A stretch of 15,244 nt of DNA from an uncultured cyanobacterium (GTDB lineage: Bacteria; Cyanobacteriota; Cyanobacteriia; Leptolyngbyales; Leptolyngbyaceae), in the NCBI GenBank assembly GCA_963766075.1, contig CAVYAN010000076.1, positions 1 through 15,244 on the forward strand. Direction: 5' to 3'. The notes beneath the pieces were generated by a model, which saw nothing but the letters and a program-made list of their open reading frames with translations, was not told the origin of the DNA and did no database searches. How positions within the stretch are numbered: position 1 is the first letter of the stretch; the number at the start of each line of letters is the position of its first letter. A program made the translations under genes and the position numbers. Shown here one piece after another: positions 1 through 7,432 of this stretch.

Positions 1-401
1 TCATTGTTATTCGTCAACGATCCCGATAGCTGATCCTGCTGGCTGGGATGAGCCGACAGCTCAAGCCAGATTATCGTCCCGGTTTGGTGTTGAAAGCGTA
101 ATTCCTGGCCGATCACCGGTTGCCGATTGTGGAGTTGCGCAATCAATTGTCGCCCCCGGTCAAGATCCTCTGGATACAGAAAGCTAACAAATGGGCGATT
201 CAGTGATTCTGCTACACTGTGGCCCAGAGTATCCGCCCAGGCTCGGTTGAGAAAGGTCAAACACCCGGCCTGGTCGCATCTAAAAACAATCTCTCGCAAG
301 CTTTCGACCAATTCACGATGCCGTCGTTCCGAGGTTGAGAGGGTTTCAATTAAGCGGTATTGAATTTGCGTATGCAACTCATTCGTCGTATCTAGGTTCA
401 T
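1..401 (-). CDS. PAS-domain sensor protein, N-terminal part (runs off the left edge; probably a histidine kinase or GGDEF/EAL protein)
   Basis: Not in the ORF track. Manual translation from ATG at 401 gives MNLDTTNELHTQIQYRLIETLSTSERRHRELVESLREIVFRCDQAGCLTFLNRAWADTLGHSVAESLNRPFVSFLYPEDLDRG...ELRFQHQTGTIIWLELSA, with no stop before base 1. SE.R.R.LVE, F.N.AW...LG, FL.PED and ELRF....G...W are PAS/PAC signatures. Confidence 0.88.
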   Translation of the reverse strand, partial: MNLDTTNELHTQIQYRLIETLSTSERRHRELVESLREIVFRCDQAGCLTFLNRAWADTLGHSVAESLNRPFVSFLYPEDLDRGRQLIAQLHNRQPVIGQELRFQHQTGTIIWLELSAHPSQQDQLSGSLTNNN

Positions 402-521
402 ACAGCAGTTACCAACTTCATGAGCTACACTGACAAAGCTCGAAAGCGTTGCCTGGAAAAAGTTATGAGATGGCAGATGCGTCGCAGCCAGTCGGATCTG
501 CGGCCTCTGCATCCAGAGTTA

Positions 522-1127
522 TCACTCAACCCCAAGCTGGCTCAAAAGCGCTGTAGAATCAATCACATCCGCATAGAGCGGGAAAATATTTTCGCAATAA
601 AACGCTTGCTCAAATACCGTCCGAGCCGATGTGCAATCCGTTAAGACAGTAACATGATAGCCCTGTTCATGGGCGTAGCGCCCGGTGGAATCAATGCAAA
701 CCGAGGTAATGGTGCCAGATAGGACAATGTTATGGATCTGATGGTGCTTCAGGAGACTGTCCAGGTTGGTATTGATGAAGGCGTTAAATCCCCGCTTTCC
801 GGGTACGTGCTGAATCCGGTGCTTAAAACGATCCAGCTCTTGGATCGTTTGCGAGCCTTCGGTACCCGCTTGAAAAGCCCCAACCTCTTTGATCGTCTTG
901 AGGATCCCTACCGGTTCCACCAATTCTTCATACCCAGGGGTGAAGAAGATTGGGGTTTCGATGATCAGAACTGGCGTGGACTCTAGGCACTCGATCAAAT
1001 GCACGGTATTGACGAGGGCATTGGTCACTTTAGAAGATTCTTCAATCACCCCGTGCAAAATGCCATCGGGTGAGAAGTAGTCATTCTGAAAGCCAATCAG
1101 GAGTAAGGCTGTGTTCTGGGGAATCAT
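522..1127 (-). CDS. Isochorismatase-family cysteine hydrolase-like protein (first catalytic Asp replaced by Gly)
   Basis: 201 aa. TALLLIGFQNDY (family consensus ALLVIDxQNDF), GKRGFNAF, LSGTITSVCIDSTGRYAHEQGYHVTVLTDCTSA. Confidence 0.9.
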   Translation of the reverse strand: MIPQNTALLLIGFQNDYFSPDGILHGVIEESSKVTNALVNTVHLIECLESTPVLIIETPIFFTPGYEELVEPVGILKTIKEVGAFQAGTEGSQTIQELDRFKHRIQHVPGKRGFNAFINTNLDSLLKHHQIHNIVLSGTITSVCIDSTGRYAHEQGYHVTVLTDCTSARTVFEQAFYCENIFPLYADVIDSTALLSQLGVE

Positions 1128-1277
1128 ACGTATTTTTAGTAAGACAAATTTAAACGTCTTTTGAAGGAGCTATAGCCTGATTTTATATAGTACCTAACAA
1201 GTCTTAATCAGTATTTCCTCGGAGTAATTCGGAATCGCCATGAGGCTATTTAAGCAACGTAGGTGGTTATACGAGTG

Positions 1278-1319
1278 ATGCGAAATTGCTTCATACATTA
1301 TGCGAAATTGCTACATACA
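1278..1319. promoter_or_regulatory. Tandem 20-bp direct repeat with 22-bp period, candidate transcription-factor site
   Basis: ATGCGAAATTGCTTCATACA (1278-1297) and ATGCGAAATTGCTACATACA (1300-1319), 19/20 identical, in the divergent intergenic region. Confidence 0.45.
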
Positions 1320-1539
1320 ACACTTTTAATTGGAGCAAGGCACCGCAACAAACAGAGATGGATCCAGACAAAATTCCAGTTTCTATCGGTACTTAATTGA
1401 GTTGAGATCCGCTGTATACCGTTGGTATAGATTCAGGAATAGGTGCTCATTAATAGGAACAACGCTCTGACATAATAACCCGGATTTTTCCGGAGAAAGG
1501 CTAAAACCTTCAATTCCTCGTGGGTAACTCTAAGACTGA

Positions 1540-1713
1540 GAGGTTGTTTAAGTAGGGCTTAGTTGTGATGCTTTACACCTCCTAGATCCCCCTAAATCTC
1601 CCTTTAGAAGAGGGGACTTTGAGTCGTTTCCCCCTTTTAAAGGGGAGATAGGGGGAAACTTGCATATTTTGCTCCTAATTCGCTACTAATAGTTGGACTG
1701 TTAAAACATCCTC
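1540..1713. mobile_element. MITE-like element carrying cyanobacterial CCCCCT/AGGGGG palindromic repeats
   Basis: Terminal inverted repeats GAGGTTGTTT (1540-1549) and AAACATCCTC (1704-1713), 9/10 matched, flanked by C-TGA and TAA-G. Interior has CCCCCTAAATCTCCCTTT..AAGAGGGGAC and CCCCCTTTTAAAGGGG..AGGGGG hairpins. No ORF. Confidence 0.65.
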
Positions 1714-1849
1714 TAAGAGAAGCAGAAATATATATTATGCCTTCAAAATCTAAATTCATCTCAATGGGTTATAAGTGATGCATTTCCAAATAGAATTGGT
1801 CGAGGATCATGAATTGATCCGAGATCATTTAGGAGGGTACGATTGAGCT

Positions 1850-4800
1850 ATGTTTAATTACCACATGGGCATCAACTTAGGGCACGAGCGTTCTGTAGCG
1901 ATCGTGCGGGACGGAGAAATTATTGTGGCCATTGAGCAAGAACGGCTCGATCGCCAAAAGTACAGTATTGGCTTTATGCTCCAGACCCCTGGGGTGGCTT
2001 CTCGCATTCAATTGCCCGCTGAGGCCATCCGGTATTGTCTTGACAGTTGCGGTATTACGATGGCCGATCTCACCTCGATTACCGCTAATATGCCGGGACA
2101 TGACTTTGCCCCCGATATTACCCGTAACGCCTTTCCCCAAGATGTAGCCAATAAAGTGAGGGTGCTGCCCAGCCATCATCTAGCCCATGCCTACTCCGCC
2201 TTTTGGCCCTCGGGATTTGACGAAGCTGTGGTCCTGGTTGTTGATGCCACGGGCAGCACCAGCGCCGACCATCAAACCGAATCCTATACTCTCTACGAGG
2301 GGCGCGATCGCACCCTGACCACCCTCCACAGTGAAACCGTCGCTGCTCACCTCGCCGGAATTTCCACCCTCGGCTTTATCTACGAATACGTCACCCGCAA
2401 AGCCGGATTCGTCACCACCGTGGGCAACACCAAAATCAGCCATGCCGAAGCCGGGAAGCTGATGGGGTTGGCCTCTTTTGGGGGCGAACAAGCCAACTGG
2501 CACCGCTGGATTCGCCCCGTGGAAGGTTCCTACAGCCTTGCCATTTCGCCCTACAATATCTTTTTGGAAGTGGCGGCCCTAGAGAAGCGCTACGACACGG
2601 GCGATGGCAAACCCTACCTCCGACCCTATTTGGTAGACTTGGCCCACAAAGTGCAGGAAGAACTGGAACAAGCCTTGCTGCATGTTGTGGCCTTGGCCGT
2701 GAAGCAGACGGGCCTGAAGAAGCTCTGCATTGCCGGTGGTGTGGGCTTAAACTCAGTAGCCAACTACAAACTGTTGCAGCAGTTGCAACTGGACAATATC
2801 TTTATTTTCCCAGCGGCAGGCGACAGTGGGATTGCAGCGGGATGCGCGCTGTGGGCCTATGCCCAGAATGGCGGCTGCAAACGGCCCCCGCTCACTCAGG
2901 CCACGTTGGGTCATGCCTATAGCGAAGTCCAGGTAAACCAAGCACTCCAACAGTTTGAGCCGGATATTACCGCTGTAGAACTCACCCCTGCGGCCTTAGT
3001 CGATCGCACCGCCCAAGCCCTCGCCCAAGGCCATGTGGTGGCCCGTTTTGAAGGGGGGCAGAATATGGACCCCGCGCGTTAGGCCATCGCTCCATCATGG
3101 CGGATCCGACTTTCTCACGGATGAAGGATATTGTGAATGCCCGCGTTAAATTTCGGGAAGCCTTTCGGCCCTTTGCGCCCGTCATCCCGTTAGAGGATGT
3201 ATCCCAGGTGTTTGAAATGGCCGTGAGCGCGCCTTTTATGCTGATCGTGCCGCCCATCCGGCCCGAACTGCGAGAGCAAATTCCAGCAGTGACCCATGTG
3301 GATGGCACAGGGCGGGTGCAAACGGTGACCGCAGCCGATAACCCCTATTTCTACAACATTTGCCGGAAATTAGTGGAATTACGCCAAGGGCCGCCCGTCT
3401 TGCTGAATACCAGTTTTAATGTCGCGGGACAACCGATTGTGGAAACGCCAGCGGAAGCGATTCAGACTTTCCTGGAAACCGATATTGATTATTTGGCGAT
3501 CGAGAATTTCTGGATTGCCAAACGGCATGTGCCCGTGCAAAACTACGCGGAACATCTGGAGAAGGTTAAGGAAAGTCCGGTGCCCCAGGGGTTATCTGCG
3601 GGCCAGCCCCCGGTTACAGATTTAATGGCTCAGCTCGATCGTGCCCTCTTCTGGGGCGAAACCGTGGGTTGCCCATGGACCCAGGCAGAACTCCAAACCC
3701 TGTCTAGTCTGGGTGCGCGCTATAAAGAAACCAGTGTGCTCTTTCCCCAAGCTCCCTTTGATGCACCCTGGCAGACCCAGGTCGCCCAGGATGTGGTGTT
3801 GCTGCTCGATCCCCTAGGCCAATCGGTCTTGGTCGATTTATCGCAGCAAGGCAAGCCTAAGGCGATTAGCGGACAGGCTACCTCCAATCCCGCCAAAGGT
3901 CCAAGAAGCTTGCAGGCGGGTGTCGCCAGCGCGATCAACCTGGCCAAGCGGAGTGGGGGCAAGGCTCCCAAGGTGCCCCACCTCAGAGCCTCAGAGCCCG
4001 TGCTGTATACGTTTGCCGAAGTGAAGCTGTTACTCGCAGTGCTGAGCCAGACGGATGGCTGGCAGGAGCGGCTCCGGGTGGAGTTGCGCCTCACCCATGC
4101 GGAGTTAGAACAGCGATTGAACTGGGCGGCCCAGCAGCTTAGTCTTTATCACCTGCATCCGCAACCCAGCGATCGCACCCTGTTTCCCCCCGACTCCGTG
4201 CTGCCGCCAGCATCGACCCAAACCTTTGCCCCCTTTGCCGATGCCGCGTTCTCGCTGCGGCAGGCACTCCGGCACCTCCAAGACCGTTTGCAACAGTCCG
4301 GCTACACGGTGGAAATGATCTGCGATCGCCTCGGGATTGAATCGCTACAGGCGCTGGAAATCACGCACTTCCACTATTACGATCGCCACAAGCTCTCCCA
4401 CACCGATCTCGATGATTTGATCCGGCTATTCTTGCTGCGGGTTGCACTGCCAGAACCACGCCTCCAGGAAGTCTTTGGATCCAGTTTGTTCCTGACCCTC
4501 ACCACGCTGGGTGTCCTGATTCAGCGCGGTGATCAGTGGGCCTCCCGAATTGACCTATTTTGCATTGAGGGACTGTATCTGGCCACGGATCACCGCTATA
4601 TGCTCTGGGAGGAAGACCAGATTGGCGAAAATCCCGTGATGTATATCGGTGCCGATAGTGCCGGGTTAGTGTACACCGCCCCCCAGTATGCGGCTGAGCA
4701 AGTGCTGGATCTGTGCAGTGGCAGTGGCATCCAGGGCTTAGTTGCCAGTCGCTATGCGCATCAGGTGACCGCTGTGGATCTCAATCCCCGCGCGATTCGA

Positions 4801-5781
4801 TTTGCCCGATTTAATGCCCAATTGAATGGCATCGGCAACATTCAATTCCACCAGGGGAACTTGTATGAACCTGTCCAGGGTCGCCGATTCGATACCATCC
4901 TGGCCAATCCGCCGTTTGTGCCCAGTCCCAAGCACAATTTGGGCTTCCGGGATGGGGGTGCGAATGGGGAAGAAATTTTGGCGCGGATCATTGCTGGCAG
5001 TGCGGCACATCTCACCGCCAAGGGCAGAGTATTGATTGTGACGGATTTGGTCGATGTCACCGCCTACCAGCCGAAACTGGCCGGGTGGTGGCAGGGAGGG
5101 GCGGCGGATCAGCTCATCCTTTGCACCGCCGATCGCGATGACATGCTATTCTCGGTGCCCCATAGCCATGCGCCCTTTGGCCAAACGCTAGAACACTACA
5201 ATGCTGAGCTAGAGCAATGGTTGCAGAATTTCCAGCACGCTAACCTGACGGCGGTGAATTTTGGCTATATTCTGATTCAGTGTCTCTCCGATGCGTCCGT
5301 TGGCTCCTATTACACGCGCACCATCCATAATCCAACGCGGTCCATGCACCAACAGGTGCAGGCTTATTTTCAGCAGCGGGCTTGGTTGCAATTGCCCGAG
5401 CACAGCCGCTATTTTCTATCGCTGGCCCCCGATTTGCGCTTCCGCGTAGAGGAGGACTTGGCCGGACGCGATTGCCAAATTGAGCTGTTCTCTGTCGCCA
5501 ATCCTTATTTCACCACCTATCAAATTAGCGAGGAGGTTCAGCAACTTCTGCAAACCATTCACCGCGTGCAGCCCCAATGGGATACCTTTGTGACCCCGTT
5601 TAATCAGGTGTGGATTCATGATCTCATTCATAAAGGAATTCTTTGCTTGAGTCCTGAGCGTCCTCATTCGGTGTTGGCTGAGAAGTTGGAGTCTTCGTTC
5701 CAGCACGCGCCCAATATGACGATTACGGAACTTCGCACTAAGACAACACCGACCTGTCTTTCCTCTTATCTCAGTCAGTAG
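1850..5781 (+). CDS. Carbamoyltransferase (NodU/CmcH/TobZ family) fused to a class I SAM-dependent NPPF-type methyltransferase; ~1310 aa once the frameshift at 3053-3058 is corrected (given as ORFs 1850-3082 and 3097-5781)
   Basis: RBS AGGAGG upstream. N-domain: HHLAHAYSAF, VVDATG, EAGKLMGLA, GGVGLNSVAN, PAAGDSG. Adding one G to the G6 run restores RFEGGAEYGPRALGHRSIMADP. C-domain: VKFREAFRPFAP, HVDGTGRVQTV, LLNTSFNVAGQPIV. MTase: VLDLCSGSG, AVDLNPRA, ILANPPF. Confidence 0.9.
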
Positions 5782-5849
5782 GCCCGTGTGCCACTGGGCG
5801 TAGTTGAATTGCCGATCGATCTAAGCAGGCATGATTAAACGCCATCTAC

Positions 5850-5883
5850 AGAACCCCGGCATTTCTAGAAATGCTGGGGTTCT
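5850..5883. repeat. Near-perfect 34-bp palindrome downstream of the carbamoyltransferase (dispersed palindromic repeat or terminator)
   Basis: AGAACCCCGGCATTTCTAGAAATGCTGGGGTTCT with a single G/T mismatch. Confidence 0.6.
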
Positions 5884-5954
5884 TAGATCTTCTACTTTTT
5901 ATGGGTTTAGGCTGAACGTTCAGGGTTTTTACGAAGGTCAAGGGGGCGATGCAC

Positions 5955-6227
5955 AAAAAGCCTCTTCTTATGGACGAAAAGCCTCTTCTGGTGAACGAAA
6001 AGCCTCTTCTGGTGAACGAAAAGCCTCTTCTGGTGAACGAAAAGCCCCTTCTGGTGAACGAAAAGCCTCTTCTGGTGAACGAAAAGCCTCTTCTGGTGAA
6101 CGAAAAGCCTCTTCTGGTGAACGAAAAGCCCCTTCTGGTGAACGAAAAGCCCCTTCTGGTTCATGAAAAGCCCCTTCTGGTTCATGAAAAGCCTCTTCTG
6201 GTTAACGAAGAACCTCTTCTTGTGGAC
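5955..6227. repeat. Tandem array of 13 x 21-bp units, consensus GAAAAGCCTCTTCTGGTGAAC
   Basis: Units start at 5955, 5976, 5997 and every 21 bp to 6207. No spacers. The first and last units are the most diverged. Variants are CCT/CCC and GTGAAC/GTTCAT/GTTAAC. Confidence 0.97.
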
Positions 6228-6242
6228 GAAGAGGTTCTTTTT
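6208..6242 (+). terminator. Perfect 12-bp hairpin with T-tract closing the tandem array
   Basis: AAGAACCTCTTC (6208-6219), loop TTGTGGAC, GAAGAGGTTCTT (6228-6239), then TTT. It lies between two convergent genes. Confidence 0.55.
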
Positions 6243-6319
6243 CGGAACTCAGCTGCTGCGCCATGGCCCGATCGCCCCTGTACCGCCATCGGCAAACCGC
6301 CCGTGGCGATCGCCTATCC

Positions 6320-6351
6320 GTCACTGCGTCACCGCGTCACTGCGTCACCGC
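6320..6351. repeat. 4 x 8-bp short tandem repeat GTCAC(T/C)GC overlapping the stop codon of the 90-aa gene
   Basis: GTCACTGC GTCACCGC GTCACTGC GTCACCGC. Confidence 0.85.
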
Positions 6352-6601
6352 CGCTCGTGCCAATCCCCCGCGAGGCTACTCGAATAATCATTGAACTGGA
6401 TTTGAGGGCGATGGCTTTGCTCCATTCGCTGGCCCCGATCACATTCACCTGGTGCAGCAGGTTGATCATGGCGGTGACGGCGGGGCGGGAGCCGGTCAGG
6501 GTGAGGTTGACCCAGTCGGGGTCGCGCTGGGTGAGGGCGGTAATGAAATCGGGAGCTGCGTTTTCGCAGGGGTTTCCATCACTCACGGGTTGAGTGGTCA
6601 T
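6329..6601 (-). CDS. Small hypothetical protein (90 aa), cyanobacterial type
   Basis: AAGGAG (6610-6615, minus strand) lies 8 nt before ATG at 6601, a better start than 6697. The core VNLTLTGSRPAVTAMINLLHQVNVIGASEWS resembles, from memory, a multicopy cyanobacterial family (L.GS..AV...I..LH......EWS). Confidence 0.75.
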   Translation of the reverse strand: MTTQPVSDGNPCENAAPDFITALTQRDPDWVNLTLTGSRPAVTAMINLLHQVNVIGASEWSKAIALKSSSMIIRVASRGIGTSGGDAVTR

Positions 6602-6828
6602 GATTGGGTCTCCTTGTTTGTTTGCAGGGGAGGGAAACCCAAAAACCAAAGCCACCCCGATGCGTTGCAGAGCAGGGTGGCTTGTAAAATGTGACAAGCC
6701 GCCATGCTGGCCGAATCAGCTTGGGGGTTAGCGATCGCTCGTTGGGTCTCAAGCAACGGGCGATCGCGTTTGAGGCTATGGCCTTTGGGCATCTGGGCGA
6801 GTGCTAAACCTAAGCGCACTCACCTTAA
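6602..6828 (-). promoter_or_regulatory. Long structured 5' leader with terminator/antiterminator-like hairpins
   Basis: Hairpins at 6796-6824, 6731-6767, 6679-6700 and 6649-6683. The last two overlap and are mutually exclusive, and the last is followed by UGGUUUUU on the minus strand. Confidence 0.6.
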
Positions 6829-6834
6829 CGCAAG

Positions 6835-6863
6835 AGAATACCGAATTGCGCCGCACTTTGCAA
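6835..6863 (-). promoter_or_regulatory. Sigma70-type promoter for the 90-aa gene
   Basis: Minus strand TTGCAA (6863-6858), 17-nt spacer, TATTCT (6840-6835). Confidence 0.6.
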
Positions 6864-7035
6864 GCCCCATTTTGAGGCGATGGGTGGTAGCTATTCCATG
6901 TCATCCTTTTCCAGAGAAATTCAAAAGTCAGTAAACCCGTAGCAATGATAGAACGCATTTCGAGGGTTTGATTTTTCTACCCAAAAGGGTGACATGCTCC
7001 CAGCACTAACTGCCTAAATCAGGGTAGGCAAACTT

Positions 7036-7263
7036 ATGCCTCACACTACTAGGGTGTTCTGGGTGACGGCCAATCGCAAAGAGCAAGCGATGCAGTTTTT
7101 GGAGGATTGGGTGCGACCCAAAGGGCCATTCAGCCACACCTACTGCAACCTGGCAACTTATGGCCGAGATAGCGCATACCAGGGCGAGAAGCTTGGACAA
7201 ATCACTACAAAGCGTACCGGTTGGCTCTGTTGTCCAGTGAAACAATCCGACCGGTGGAGGTGA
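7036..7263 (+). CDS. Small hypothetical protein (75 aa)
   Basis: ATG preceded by purine-rich AGGGTAGG. First of three closely spaced co-oriented ORFs. No recognised motif. Confidence 0.5.
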   Translation: MPHTTRVFWVTANRKEQAMQFLEDWVRPKGPFSHTYCNLATYGRDSAYQGEKLGQITTKRTGWLCCPVKQSDRWR

Positions 7264-7266
7264 CCC

Positions 7267-7422
7267 ATGAAACTTCGTCAAGCCCTCCAATCGCTTCGCC
7301 ATGCGATCGCTTCGCCATGCGATGGAAACGCATCTGCAAAGGTCAAACCACGCACGGCATTTGGCAACGCGGTCCTGAGGTGGGCGATCTTGCTTTTCAT
7401 ATGGATGTTCTGGGCACAATAG
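7267..7422 (+). CDS. Putative 51-aa single-pass membrane peptide
   Basis: Below the ORF-track cutoff. GGAGG (7256-7260) lies 6 nt before ATG. MKLRQALQSLRHAIASPCDGNASAKVKPRTAFGNAVLRWAILLFIWMFWAQ has a hydrophobic C-terminus and fills the gap between its neighbours. Confidence 0.45.
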   Translation: MKLRQALQSLRHAIASPCDGNASAKVKPRTAFGNAVLRWAILLFIWMFWAQ

Positions 7423-7432
7423 CGTCGCAACC

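Noticed and set aside
1850..3600. Saxitoxin sxtI or nodulation nodU assignment
   Set aside because: Same enzyme family, but no sxt or nod genes are nearby and the fused architecture differs, so no gene symbol was given.
3097..5781. Independent 894-aa gene starting at MADP
   Set aside because: The Met lies within the conserved GPRALGHRSIMADP motif, so this is the continuation of the gene starting at 1850.
5831..6185. ORFs 5831-6166 (+, RKASSGE repeats) and 5907-6185 (-, VHQKRLF repeats)
   Set aside because: Open only because the repeat unit is a stop-free multiple of 3. Unit variants are non-synonymous or create stops in these frames.
5955..6227. CRISPR array
   Set aside because: Units are directly adjacent with no unique spacers, and there are no cas genes in the window.
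6799..6821. CIRCE (HrcA) element
   Set aside because: Only one TTAGCACTC half-site is present (minus strand), not the TTAGCACTC-N9-GAGTGCTAA arrangement. It is better explained as leader hairpin P1.
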